In this document: in pieces, positions 27,156-36,700 of the stretch
How positions within the stretch are numbered: position 1 is the first letter of the stretch
Layout of the letters: the number at the start of each line of letters is the position of its first letter
Assembly: GCA_963604715.1 (NCBI GenBank)
Contig: CAVCSV010000010.1
Location: forward strand, 1-56,684
Direction: 5' to 3'
Length of the DNA stretch: 56,684 bases
From: Limosilactobacillus gorillae
GTDB taxonomy: Bacteria > Pseudomonadota > Alphaproteobacteria > CAAGCB01 > CAG-977
The notes under the pieces: model-generated
What the model saw: only the letters and a program-made list of their open reading frames with translations
Told to the model about the DNA's origin: nothing
Databases searched by the model: none
Position numbers and translations under genes: made by a program

Positions 27156-27855
27156 GGCTGTCCTCCCCGAACTGCATGCCCGCGGGATAAATCGTCAGGC
27201 GGCCGTTGCTTAAATGCATGCGCGGGAACGGAAACGCGCCGATAAGGCTTTCGTTGTGCGTCGCGATGACGACCGTCGTGCCGCGGCGGTTCAGCTCGAC
27301 GAACAGCCGCAACAGACGCGCCGCCGATTTGTCGTCCATGTTGCCCGTCGGTTCGTCCGCGACCAGCAAATCGGGGCGGTTGATGACCGCGCGCGCAATG
27401 GCGACGCTTTGTTTTTGCCCGCCCGACAAAGTGGGCGGCTTGGCATTCAAATGGTTGCCCAATCCGACCCAAATCAGCAGTTCCGTGACGCGCTTTTTAA
27501 TCTCGTCTTCCGGAAAGCCTGCAATTCGCAGGGGAAGCGCGACGTTGTCGACGGCGGACAAATGGTCCAGCAGGCGGAAATCCTGAAACACGACGCCGAT
27601 TCTGCGGCGGATTTCGGGCAGTTCGTCGCGCGGCGTCGTCAAAGTCGGTCTGCCGAACAGCTTGATATGACCGCGGGTTTGCGCGCGCGCCAGATACAGC
27701 AGACTCAGCAGCGACGTTTTGCCCGCGCCGCTTTCCCCCGTCAGGAAATGAAACGACCCCGCGGGCAAAGCAAACGTTACGTCGCGCAAGACTTCCGTTC
27801 CTTGCCCGTAACGCAGTCCGACGGTGTCGAATTCGACGATATTCTGCGGTGTCAA
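27148..27855 (-). CDS. ftsE: Cell-division ABC transporter ATPase FtsE
   Basis: Walker A is GESGAGKTS, the signature is LSGGQKQ, and Walker B is LLVADEPTG. I chose the TTG at 27855, which has an aagga RBS. The in-frame ATG at 27906 is the alternative. The rest of the 350-aa ORF is not FtsE-like. Confidence 0.88.
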   Translation of the reverse strand: MTPQNIVEFDTVGLRYGQGTEVLRDVTFALPAGSFHFLTGESGAGKTSLLSLLYLARAQTRGHIKLFGRPTLTTPRDELPEIRRRIGVVFQDFRLLDHLSAVDNVALPLRIAGFPEDEIKKRVTELLIWVGLGNHLNAKPPTLSGGQKQSVAIARAVINRPDLLVADEPTGNMDDKSAARLLRLFVELNRRGTTVVIATHNESLIGAFPFPRMHLSNGRLTIYPAGMQFGEDSHV

Positions 27856-27915
27856 GCCTTTATCCTTTGTTGTAATCCGTTTGTTTTCGGGTATACTATA
27901 ACACATTCTTTCAAA

Positions 27916-28596
27916 ATGCCACAGGGAAGACCGATGTTTTTTACTTGTCCGAAATGCAATACCGTTTATGACGTTCCCGCAGAACAGGTCGACAGCGCGC
28001 GGAAACTGCGCTGTGCCATGTGCGGGCATTTGTGGGAACCCGAAATCGAAACGGAAGATGCCGAGGAAGAAAAACACGAGGAAGACCACCCCTTTCCCGA
28101 AGACGACGACATTCCCGAAGATTTGCCCGTTTTTCCCGATGCCGACCCCGACCCGTTTGCAAACGAACCCGATTTGACGGCGTTCAAGCCGATTTTCCAA
28201 ACACCCGAAGAACAGCCTGCCGCAAAACGCTGGATTCTGCCGCTGTATTTTTTAAGCATGGTGTTTTTGGCGGTGGGAATCTATGCGTTTTTCTTTCATG
28301 CGCCGTTGAAAACGCCGCTTGAATTCCTGTCGCTCAGTCCCGAATACGTCGAAAAAGATTATCAAACCAACCTGATTTTAAACGCGGTCGTCCAAAACCG
28401 CTCCGCCGCCGATGTCGCGGCGCAGGGCTACAGCGTTTTTTATTACGACAAAAACGGCAGGGAAGTCACGCAAGCCGACTTTCCCGCAAAGCAGACCTTT
28501 AAAGCGAACGGCACCACCCCCGTCAAACTGGAAGTCGGACGCCCGCCCGCACAGGCGGAAAGCGCCACCCTGCAAATCAAAGCCGCCAAGCCTTAA
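27916..28596 (+). CDS. MJ0042-type zinc-ribbon membrane protein (DUF3426-like C-terminus)
   Basis: The N-terminus reads FFTCPKCNTVYDVPAEQV...LRCAMCGHLWEP. An acidic linker, one TM segment and a beta-rich C-terminal domain follow. It is divergent from ftsE, as is common in alphaproteobacteria. The start could instead be 27934. Confidence 0.75.
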   Translation: MPQGRPMFFTCPKCNTVYDVPAEQVDSARKLRCAMCGHLWEPEIETEDAEEEKHEEDHPFPEDDDIPEDLPVFPDADPDPFANEPDLTAFKPIFQTPEEQPAAKRWILPLYFLSMVFLAVGIYAFFFHAPLKTPLEFLSLSPEYVEKDYQTNLILNAVVQNRSAADVAAQGYSVFYYDKNGREVTQADFPAKQTFKANGTTPVKLEVGRPPAQAESATLQIKAAKP

Positions 28597-29813
28597 ACCC
28601 ACGGGGCGGGTTGGCACAAGCTCATCATTTCCGCGACGGTCTGGCGGCGGCGGATGACGGCATAGCGGTCGCCGTCAAGCAACACTTCCGCGGCTAACGG
28701 TCGTCCGTTGTAGTTGGACGCCATTGTCGCGCCGTATGCCCCCGCCGTTTCAACCGCCAGCAAATCGCCCTCTTTCAATTCGGGCAGAACGCGGCCTTTG
28801 CCGAAGATGTCCGCACTTTCGCAAATCGGTCCGACAACGTCGTATTTGCGGGACGCTTCGCCGCCTTTGAGCGCGACGATATTGTGGTAAGCGTCGTACA
28901 TCGCGGGACGCACCAAATCGTTCATCCCCGCATCCAAAACGGCAAACGACTTTTCGCCTGTTTGTTTGACGCGCACAACGGACGCAACCAACACGCCCGC
29001 GTCGCCCGAAAGGCACCGCCCCGGTTCGAATACGAATTCGCCGTCGAAATCGCCCAGAACATCCTGCAAAACCGCAATGTAATCGGCGGGCGAGGGGGCG
29101 GATTCGTCCGTTTTGTACGCAACGCCCAATCCGCCGCCCACATCGACGGTTTGAATCGAAACGCCGTTTTCGTTCAGCGTTTTCAGCATTTGCTTGGTTT
29201 TGACGAACGCTTCGCGGAACGGTTCAAGGTCTAAAATCTGCGATCCGACGTGCACTTCGATTCCGTGCAGCGAAATGCCTTTGAATTGCTCGGCGGACAA
29301 AAACAGGCGGAGCGCGTCGTTCCAGTCGATGCCGAATTTGTTTTCCTTTTTGCCCGTAGTGATTTTTTCGTGCGTGTGCGCGTCCACGTCGGGATTGACG
29401 CGAATGCCGACGGCGGCTGTTTTGTTTAAGCCGCGCGCGATTTCGTCAATCAATCGGATTTCGGATTCCGATTCGGCGTTGATTTGCTTGATGCCCGCTT
29501 GAATTGCGGCGGTCAGTTCGGCGCGCGTTTTGCCGACGCCCGAAAACACGATTTTGTCTGCGGGAACGCCCGCCTGCAAAGCCAATTCAAGCTCCGCGCC
29601 CGATACGATGTCGGCGCCCGCGCCCATGCCCGCAAAAATCTTTAAAACCGTCGGGTTAAAGTTGCTTTTGACCGCAAAGCACACGGTCGCTTTTTTCAAG
29701 CTTTTGACCGCATTCGCGAATGTTTGGAAGTTTCGGCGCAGTTTTTGTTCGGAATACAGATAAAACGGCGTGCCGACTTCGGCGGCGATTTTCGAAATCA
29801 AAGCGGTGTTCAT
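28593..29813 (-). CDS. lysA: Diaminopimelate decarboxylase
   Basis: The PLP-lysine region is FAVKSN. Other motifs are HVGSQ, DVGGGLGV and EPGR...CESAD. Confidence 0.93.
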   Translation of the reverse strand: MNTALISKIAAEVGTPFYLYSEQKLRRNFQTFANAVKSLKKATVCFAVKSNFNPTVLKIFAGMGAGADIVSGAELELALQAGVPADKIVFSGVGKTRAELTAAIQAGIKQINAESESEIRLIDEIARGLNKTAAVGIRVNPDVDAHTHEKITTGKKENKFGIDWNDALRLFLSAEQFKGISLHGIEVHVGSQILDLEPFREAFVKTKQMLKTLNENGVSIQTVDVGGGLGVAYKTDESAPSPADYIAVLQDVLGDFDGEFVFEPGRCLSGDAGVLVASVVRVKQTGEKSFAVLDAGMNDLVRPAMYDAYHNIVALKGGEASRKYDVVGPICESADIFGKGRVLPELKEGDLLAVETAGAYGATMASNYNGRPLAAEVLLDGDRYAVIRRRQTVAEMMSLCQPAPWV

Positions 29814-30022
29814 TGCGCTTCCTTTTCAAGCTGTTTGTTCAATTCCAGCAGCGAAGACGGTTGAGCGTCGGACTGCGGCGCGTTCTGTTTGACGACGACG
29901 GGATTTCGCGGCGCGGGATATTGGCGCGGATAGGTCGCGTTTTCGGGAAATTCCAAACGTCCGCGTTTGCCGCAGCCCGCGACGGACAAAGCGATGCAAA
30001 GCAGGATAAACAGTTTTTTCAT
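29810..30022 (-). CDS. lptM: Small lipoprotein, LptM/YifL-like
   Basis: The sequence MKKLFILLCIALSVAGCGKRGRLEFP has a lipobox VAGC followed by GxxGxLxxP. The gene lies immediately upstream of lysA. Confidence 0.6.
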   Translation of the reverse strand: MKKLFILLCIALSVAGCGKRGRLEFPENATYPRQYPAPRNPVVVKQNAPQSDAQPSSLLELNKQLEKEAQ

Positions 30023-30098
30023 GACAAAACCTCTTTTTTTGAGTGAACTGTAGCAGAGTTTAAAAACTTTTTCATTCTTTTTAAGGATACTTTTCCCT

Positions 30099-30734
30099 AT
30101 GAAAAGCGTGATTTTTATTTTGTTGATGCTGTTTTCCCCGATTGTTCGGGCGCAAATAACGCTGAAAAGCGCGCGTGCGCCCGATTTGTTCACGCTTGCC
30201 TATCCGAAAAGCACGCCGACCGCGACTTTTTTTAACGAATACGGGCAGGATGTCGGCATATCCAATTTCAGGGGAAAAATCGTTCTGCTCAACATCTGGT
30301 CGACGGGATGTCCGCAATGCGTTATCGAATTGCCGATGCTGGACAGACTGCAAAAGGAAATGGGCGGGATGAAATTCCAAGTCGTCGCTTTGTCGTCGGG
30401 GCTGGAAAACATTCCGACTTTGCGGCGGTTTTTCGTGTCCAAAGGATTGCGCAATCTGCGCGTTTATTCCGACCCGCAAGCGAAGTATTCGCAGGCGGCG
30501 GGCGTGTTGGGACTGCCGACGACTTTTCTGATTGACGAAAACGGCATGGAAATCGGACGCGTGCGCGGAATCGTCGATTGGACGAATCCCAAGTTGAAAG
30601 CGCAAATCCGCGGACTTATCGCTCAAAGCAAAGCCAAAAAGGAACGGGAAAAAGCCGAATCCGTCAAAGCCGAAGAACCGCCCGCGCCCCCGCCCGAACC
30701 GAAACCCGATTTTCAGGGATGGTTCAAAAAGTAA
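30099..30734 (+). CDS. TlpA-family periplasmic thiol:disulfide oxidoreductase
   Basis: The protein has a signal peptide, the motif LLNIWSTGCPQCVIELP (CxxC), and a K/E/P-rich tail. Confidence 0.8.
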   Translation: MKSVIFILLMLFSPIVRAQITLKSARAPDLFTLAYPKSTPTATFFNEYGQDVGISNFRGKIVLLNIWSTGCPQCVIELPMLDRLQKEMGGMKFQVVALSSGLENIPTLRRFFVSKGLRNLRVYSDPQAKYSQAAGVLGLPTTFLIDENGMEIGRVRGIVDWTNPKLKAQIRGLIAQSKAKKEREKAESVKAEEPPAPPPEPKPDFQGWFKK

Positions 30735-30821
30735 AGAATCCCTGCTTTTTTTCGAAAAAGCTTGATTCCTGCGCAAATTGCTTTAAAAGGTAGTCTTCCG
30801 TTTTAAAAACAAGGGGGCGAC

Positions 30822-31298
30822 ATGGCCAAACAACGTTATTTGATTATCTCTTGGGAACAGTTTCACGCCGACGCGCGCGCTTTGGCGGCAAAGCTGGTCA
30901 ACCGCACGGACTTGAAAAAAATCGTTTGCGTGACGCGCGGCGGGTTGTTCCCCGCGGCGGTTCTGGCGCGCGAATTGGAAATCCGCTGGATTGATACCGT
31001 TTGCGTTGCGGGCTATGACGAAGAGGAACGCGGCACCGAAGCGTCCCTGCTGAAAATCCCCGAAGGCGACGGCGAAGGCATGCTGGTCGTCGACGATTTG
31101 GTCGATTCGGGCAGAACGGGCAAAATCATCCGTCAGCTGTTGCCGAAAGCCTACTTTGTCACGATGTACGCCAAACCGCAGGGTGCCGACGTTGTCGACG
31201 ATTACGTCGTCGGCGTTGACCAAGACGTTTGGATTTTGTTCCCGTGGGAAGCCGAACTTTCCCCCGCGTCCCCGCTGGTTCGCCGCAAAGACGACTGA
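30822..31298 (+). CDS. gpt: Xanthine-guanine phosphoribosyltransferase
   Basis: The 158-aa product has the PRPP-binding motif MLVVDDLVDSGRT, and the N-terminus reads ISWEQFHADARALA. Confidence 0.85.
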   Translation: MAKQRYLIISWEQFHADARALAAKLVNRTDLKKIVCVTRGGLFPAAVLARELEIRWIDTVCVAGYDEEERGTEASLLKIPEGDGEGMLVVDDLVDSGRTGKIIRQLLPKAYFVTMYAKPQGADVVDDYVVGVDQDVWILFPWEAELSPASPLVRRKDD

Positions 31299-31303
31299 AT
31301 TTC

Positions 31304-31337
31304 AAAGCTCCGCTTTTAAAAACGGAGCTTTTCTTTT
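31304..31337 (+). terminator. Intrinsic terminator after gpt
   Basis: aaagctccg, loop cttttaaaaa, cggagcttt, followed by tcttttaaa. Confidence 0.65.
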
Positions 31338-31346
31338 AAAGGACAA

Positions 31347-32300
31347 ATGGTTATGACCAAAACAACTTGGAAAGCGGGAACGATGATTTATCCGTTGCCC
31401 GCCGTAATGGTAACGTCGGGAACGATGGAAAAGCCAAACGTGTTCACCGCCGCGTGGACGGGCGTCATCAATTCCGAACCCGCGATGACGTACGTTTCGA
31501 TTCGTCCGTCGCGCTATTCCCACGAATTGATTGAACAAAACGGGGAATTCGTTATCAACCTGACAACGCGGGATTTACTGCACGCCGCCGATTTCTGCGG
31601 TGTCAAATCGGGTCGCGACACGGATAAATTCGCCGAAACGGGAATGACGCCGATGCCCTGCAAATTCGTCAAAGCGCCGCAAATCGCGCAAAGCCCCGTC
31701 AGCGTCGAATGCAAAGTGACCGAAATCAAAAAACTGGGGTCGCACGATATGTTCATTGCCGAAATTCTGGCGGTTGACGTGGACGATTCCCTGCTGGACG
31801 ACGCGGGCAAGCTGGCTTTGGAAAAATGCGGACTGGTTGCGTTCTGCCACGGCGGCTATTACGGGCTGAGCGGACAAATCGGCACGTTCGGTTTTTCGGT
31901 CGCCAAAAAGAAAAGCCGCAAGCAGAAAATCCACGAAATCAAAGCCAAACGCCGCTTGGAAAAAGCCGCGCACGCCGCCGAGGAAATCGACGAGGAAGAA
32001 GAAACGTTCAAAAAACGCAAGTCCGCTTTTGAAGACCGCCGCCGCGCAGACCGCGAACCGCGTAAATTCGACCGCGGCGACCGCCGTTACGCAGACCGCA
32101 AGCCGCGCAAGTTCGACCGTGACGAACGTAACTTTGACAACGACGAAAAACCGTTCAAAAAGCCGTTTGCGAAAAAGCCGTTCGGCAACGGGAAAAAAGA
32201 CTTCGGCGACCGCAAACCGTTCGGAAAAACATTTGAGGGCAGAAAGCCGTTCGCAGGCAAGAAACCCGCGCGCAAGCCATTCAAACCCAAAGCTCAGTGA
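31347..32300 (+). CDS. Flavin-reductase-like domain protein with a long basic C-terminal tail
   Basis: The first ~185 aa are flavin-reductase-like (PLPAVMVTSG...AAWTG...INLT...FCG.KSGRD.DKF). The last ~130 aa are K/R/D/F/P low complexity with repeated DRKPRKFDR and KPF units. Confidence 0.75.
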   Translation: MVMTKTTWKAGTMIYPLPAVMVTSGTMEKPNVFTAAWTGVINSEPAMTYVSIRPSRYSHELIEQNGEFVINLTTRDLLHAADFCGVKSGRDTDKFAETGMTPMPCKFVKAPQIAQSPVSVECKVTEIKKLGSHDMFIAEILAVDVDDSLLDDAGKLALEKCGLVAFCHGGYYGLSGQIGTFGFSVAKKKSRKQKIHEIKAKRRLEKAAHAAEEIDEEEETFKKRKSAFEDRRRADREPRKFDRGDRRYADRKPRKFDRDERNFDNDEKPFKKPFAKKPFGNGKKDFGDRKPFGKTFEGRKPFAGKKPARKPFKPKAQ

Positions 32301-35047
32301 GCTTCCGCCCAATTAAGACCGATGCCGACATCGGCAATCAGCGGCACGGACAGGGATACGATGTTTTCCATAACATTCTTAACCGTCTGTGCCGTTTTTT
32401 GCGCTTCGGATTCGGGGACTTCAAACACCAGTTCGTCGTGCACCTGCAACAGCATTTTTGCGGACAATCCCGCGGCTTTTAACGCGTCGGGCATGCGAAT
32501 CATCGCTTTTTTCAAAATATCCGCCGCGCCGCCTTGAATCGGGGCGTTGATTGCCGACCGTTCCGCGAATTGGCGCGTGTGCGGGTTTTTGTCGTTAATC
32601 GCGCCGACAAAGCATTTGCGCCCGAACGGCGTCAGCACATAGCCGTTCGCTTTGGCAAAGGCAATGGTCGATTCCATGTATTCCTTGATTTCGGGGTATT
32701 TTTCAAAATACGAGTCGATGTATTTCTGCGCTTCCGACCGTTCAATGCCCAGTTGCCGCGCCAATCCGAACGCCGACATGCCGTAAATGATGCCGAAGTT
32801 GATTGCTTTCGCGCTGCGGCGCACCATCGGATCCATGCCCTCTATTGGAATATTGAAAATGTGCGACGCCGTGGACGCGTGAATGTCGACGCCCTGGATA
32901 ATCGCGTCTTTCAGCCGCGCGACGTTCGCGACGTGCGCCATAACGCGCAGTTCCACCTGCGAATAGTCGGCGGACAGCAGAACATTGCCTTTTTCGGCGA
33001 TAAAGGCATGGCGGATTTCGCGTCCCTCCTGCGTGCGGATAGGGATGTTTTGCAGGTTCGGGTCGTTTGACGACAGTCGCCCTGTCAGCGTTCCCGTCTG
33101 CATGAACGTCGTGTGAATCCGTCCCGTTTTCGGGTTTGTTTGCGCCTGCAAAGCGTCCGTGTAAGTGCTTTTCAGTTTAGCGTATTGACGGTATTCCAAA
33201 ATGTCCGCCGCGATTTGATAGCCTTGCTCCGCCAAATCGTCCAAAACGGCGGCTTCGGTAATCCAAGCGCCCGTTTTCGATTTTTTGCCGTTCGGAAGCT
33301 TCAGTTTTTCAAACAGAACCGTTCCCATTCGCGCGGGCGAATTCAGATTGAACTCTTCGCCCGCTTCGGCGTAAATGCGTTTTTCCATGGCGGCGATGCG
33401 TTCGCCGAACGTCGCGCTTAACGCGTGCAGTTCCGCGCCGTTGATTTTGATTCCCGCGCGTTCCATTTGGTACAAAACGGGGACGGCGGCGCGATCCAAC
33501 TGTTCATAAATCGAAACGCGGTGTTCGGCGATCATGCGTTTGTGCAGATAGCCGTACAGCCTGAAAATCATATCGGCTTTTTCCGCAACCAGGCGGTAAC
33601 CGTCCTTGACGGCGACGAAATCGAACGTGACTTTGACGCGTCCCTGACGGCAGGTTTCGTTGTAGGAAATCATCTTGTGATCCAAAAACAGCTCGGTCAG
33701 TTCGTACAGTTCAAGGTAATGCGACGTGCCGTCAAGGTCGTAACACATGATTTTCGTGTCCGCGAACGGGGACAAATCGAAATCCCGCCCCGCTTCTTTG
33801 GCAAACAGATGCCAGTCGGACTTGACGTCGTATCCGACTTTTAAAACGCCTTTGTTTTCCAACAGGGGCAATAGGATTTCAATCGCCTGTTGCGGCAGAA
33901 TTTGACGGGATTCGGGGTCAATGGCTTCGAAAAACGAGCTTTGCGCCGCACCTGTGTTGTGGCGCAAAGGAACGTAATAGGCAACGCCCTCCTTGAACGA
34001 CAGCGAAAATCCGATAAGCTTCGCCGACAGCGGCGGCAGCAAATCCGTTTGCGCAGCAAGCGCGACAACGCCCGCATCCATTGCTTCGGCAACGACGGCG
34101 CGCAAAGCTTCGGGCGTTTGAAGCAACCGATAGTCCGTTTTGACTTCGGCGGCAGACAACATGGCTTTTTGTTCGTCGGATACCCAATGCGGGACTTTCG
34201 CGACCAGACTTTTAAAGCCCATATCCGTTAAAAATGCCGACAGTTCGACGGGATTTGCGGGTTTCGCCGCAAACGTTTCCAATCCCGCCTGCACGGGGGC
34301 GTTGGCATCCAGTTTGACCAGCTTTTGCGAAATCAGAGCCAGTTCTTTGTGTTCAATCAGCAAATCGCGCTTGCGGCTCGGTTTGGCGTTTGCGATGTTG
34401 GCAAACAAATTTTCCAGAGTGCCGTATTCCGTTATCAGTTGCGCCGCCGTTTTGGGACCGATTCCCGGAACCCCCGGCACATTGTCCGACGAATCGCCCA
34501 TCAGCGCTTGCACGTCAACGACCTGTTCGGGATCGACGCCGAACTTTTCAATCACACGGTTGCGGTCGACAACCCGCTGTTTCATCGGGTCAAAGACGGT
34601 TACCGTTCCGCCGACCAGCTGCATTAAATCCTTGTCCGCCGAAACGACGGTGACGTCCGCGCCCGCTTCGCTTGCCATTCGGCTGTAGGTCGCCAGCAAG
34701 TCGTCCGCCTCGAACCCCTCCATTTCCGCCTGCGCCAGATTGAACGCGGCGACGGCTTGGCGCAGCAGGGGAAACTGCGGTATCAGTTCGGGCGGCGTTT
34801 CGCGGCGGGTGGCTTTGTAGTCGGGGTAAATGTCCTGACGGAACGTTTTGCGCGCGGCGTCGAACACGACCGCGATATAGTCGGCGGGCATGTCTTTCAG
34901 CAGCTTCATCATCATCGAACAAAAGCCGTAAACCGCGTTGACGGGCGTGTTGTCCGACGGGCGCGTCATCGGGGGCAGAGCGTAAAAAGCCCTGAAAATA
35001 TAGCCCGAACCGTCGATTAAAACCACTTTTTTGCCGTGCATGTCCAT
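32294..35047 (-). CDS. polA: DNA polymerase I
   Basis: The 5'-nuclease region reads LIDGSGYIFRAF, and polymerase motifs are DYSQVELRV, RRSAKAINFGIIYG and QVHDELVFE. The protein is 917 aa. Confidence 0.97.
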   Translation of the reverse strand: MDMHGKKVVLIDGSGYIFRAFYALPPMTRPSDNTPVNAVYGFCSMMMKLLKDMPADYIAVVFDAARKTFRQDIYPDYKATRRETPPELIPQFPLLRQAVAAFNLAQAEMEGFEADDLLATYSRMASEAGADVTVVSADKDLMQLVGGTVTVFDPMKQRVVDRNRVIEKFGVDPEQVVDVQALMGDSSDNVPGVPGIGPKTAAQLITEYGTLENLFANIANAKPSRKRDLLIEHKELALISQKLVKLDANAPVQAGLETFAAKPANPVELSAFLTDMGFKSLVAKVPHWVSDEQKAMLSAAEVKTDYRLLQTPEALRAVVAEAMDAGVVALAAQTDLLPPLSAKLIGFSLSFKEGVAYYVPLRHNTGAAQSSFFEAIDPESRQILPQQAIEILLPLLENKGVLKVGYDVKSDWHLFAKEAGRDFDLSPFADTKIMCYDLDGTSHYLELYELTELFLDHKMISYNETCRQGRVKVTFDFVAVKDGYRLVAEKADMIFRLYGYLHKRMIAEHRVSIYEQLDRAAVPVLYQMERAGIKINGAELHALSATFGERIAAMEKRIYAEAGEEFNLNSPARMGTVLFEKLKLPNGKKSKTGAWITEAAVLDDLAEQGYQIAADILEYRQYAKLKSTYTDALQAQTNPKTGRIHTTFMQTGTLTGRLSSNDPNLQNIPIRTQEGREIRHAFIAEKGNVLLSADYSQVELRVMAHVANVARLKDAIIQGVDIHASTASHIFNIPIEGMDPMVRRSAKAINFGIIYGMSAFGLARQLGIERSEAQKYIDSYFEKYPEIKEYMESTIAFAKANGYVLTPFGRKCFVGAINDKNPHTRQFAERSAINAPIQGGAADILKKAMIRMPDALKAAGLSAKMLLQVHDELVFEVPESEAQKTAQTVKNVMENIVSLSVPLIADVGIGLNWAEAH

Positions 35048-35093
35048 TGGAACGCTCCCTGAAAATTTTTCTTACTGTATCGGGTTTTGCGGC

Positions 35094-35127
35094 AAAAAAA
35101 AAGGCTTGATTGTTCATCAAGCCTTTT
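35094..35127 (-). terminator. Intrinsic terminator downstream of pssA
   Basis: On the minus strand, aaaggcttgat gaaca atcaagccttt, followed by a run of T. Confidence 0.75.
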
Positions 35128-35130
35128 TGA

Positions 35131-35907
35131 TTAAGCTTCAGCCTGTTCGGGTTTTTCCGTTTTCGCTTTCAAGCGCAGGAAAATATACGAACACAACGGC
35201 ACGCTGATTAAATAGCCTACGAAAGTCAGGCTCAGCATCAGCCACGGTTTGTAGAACAGCGCCCCCGTGTAAAAGCCCGCCAAAGCCATAAAGACGGCGG
35301 CAAGACGGACGGGCAGGCGGATGTGTTTCAGCGAAATCGTCGGCAGACGCGACGCCATCAGCATTGCGCTGACGAACAGGAACAATTCGACGAACCAGCC
35401 GCTTTTGAAAAATTCACAGCCGAATTCGAAGTACAGCATTGCGGGGGTCAGAGCGATGAACGCTCCGCCCGGCGCGGGCAATCCCACAAAGAAATGATGC
35501 CAGTACGACGGCAACGGTTCTTCGTCCAGCATGACGTTGAAACGCGCCAAACGCAGCGCGCAGCACACGGGCATCAGCAAAGCGAACGGCCAGCCCGCAG
35601 AATCCGCGGCGGTCAGAGCCCACATGTACATCAGAACGCCGGGGGCGACGCCGAAGCACACGACGTCGGACAGGGAATCCAGTTCCGCGCCGAAATCCGA
35701 AGCCCCGCGCAGAAAACGCGCGACGCGCCCGTCCAAAGCGTCAAACACCGCCGCCATCAAAACAAAAAACACGGCAAGCTGGAAACGTCCTTCCATCGCG
35801 TAACGAATGGAAGTAACACCCGAACACAGCGCCATCATGGTGACCATGTTCGGCGCGATTTTATTCAACGGCAAATCTTTAATCCGTTTTCCCGTTTTCT
35901 TTAACAT
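35131..35907 (-). CDS. pssA: CDP-diacylglycerol--serine O-phosphatidyltransferase
   Basis: The CDP-alcohol phosphatidyltransferase motif is DALDGRVARFLRGASDFGAELDSLSD, and the protein is polytopic. Confidence 0.9.
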   Translation of the reverse strand: MLKKTGKRIKDLPLNKIAPNMVTMMALCSGVTSIRYAMEGRFQLAVFFVLMAAVFDALDGRVARFLRGASDFGAELDSLSDVVCFGVAPGVLMYMWALTAADSAGWPFALLMPVCCALRLARFNVMLDEEPLPSYWHHFFVGLPAPGGAFIALTPAMLYFEFGCEFFKSGWFVELFLFVSAMLMASRLPTISLKHIRLPVRLAAVFMALAGFYTGALFYKPWLMLSLTFVGYLISVPLCSYIFLRLKAKTEKPEQAEA

Positions 35908-36620
35908 TAGAAGATTTCTCCCTGTGCGCTGTCGCCCGTGACGTTCAAATCAGCCAAAACGGTTTCGCCCGCGACGGCGGTTTGTCCTTCGATAACGCGA
36001 ATGGCGGTGCCTTTGGGCATATAAACGTCCAAACGGCTACCGAAGCGAATCAGACCGAAACGTTCGCCCGCTTTGACGGAATCGCCCTCTTTGACGAACG
36101 TCAGAATGCGGCGCGCGACCAGTCCCGCGATTTGAACGAAAATGATTTTTTTGCCGTCTTTGGTTTCCAAAGCCAGTTCCTGCCGTTCGTTGTTTTCGCT
36201 TTCTTTGTCCAAAGACACGTCGACGAAAGCGCCGGGGCGGTAGTGCATTTTAACGATTTTGCCCGCCATCGGCGCGCGGTTGACGTGAACGCTGAACACG
36301 CTCATGAAAATGCTGACGCGCGTCATCGGTTCGTCGCCCATTTCCATTTCTTTGGGCGGGACGACGTCGGCGATTTTGCTGACAATGCCGTCGGCGGGGC
36401 TCAACACCAAGGAATCCCCCGCGGGAACGGCGCGCTGCGGGTCGCGGAAAAAGAAATAGCACCAAACCGTCAGCACCAGCAAAACAACGCCCAGCGGTTT
36501 GAACAAAATCCACATCAGCAGCGTTAGCGCGGCGAACACGGCGACGAAACGCCAGCCCTCGGGGTGAATGGGCGGCATGATAAAGCGGCGCCATGACAAG
36601 TCGACTCGGGACATAAGCAA
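35907..36620 (-). CDS. psd: Phosphatidylserine decarboxylase proenzyme (short type)
   Basis: The N-terminus reads PIHPEGWRF and the self-cleavage-region motif is FGSRLD. The gene lies upstream of pssA with a 1-nt overlap. The start could instead be the ATG at 36578. Confidence 0.88.
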   Translation of the reverse strand: MLMSRVDLSWRRFIMPPIHPEGWRFVAVFAALTLLMWILFKPLGVVLLVLTVWCYFFFRDPQRAVPAGDSLVLSPADGIVSKIADVVPPKEMEMGDEPMTRVSIFMSVFSVHVNRAPMAGKIVKMHYRPGAFVDVSLDKESENNERQELALETKDGKKIIFVQIAGLVARRILTFVKEGDSVKAGERFGLIRFGSRLDVYMPKGTAIRVIEGQTAVAGETVLADLNVTGDSAQGEIF

Positions 36621-36700
36621 TGCTCCTATAATTGTATTTTATCCGTTGCCTTTTCTTTTAAGCCATAAAGCGTCGGGATAAAAGCGTTTTTTTCAAATTC

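Noticed and set aside
27214-27915. The N-terminal 234 codons of the 460-aa plus-strand ORF 27214-28596
   Set aside because: This part is antisense to ftsE, which has clear Walker A/B and signature motifs. Only the portion from the ATG at 27916/27934 shows real features (zinc ribbon, TM).
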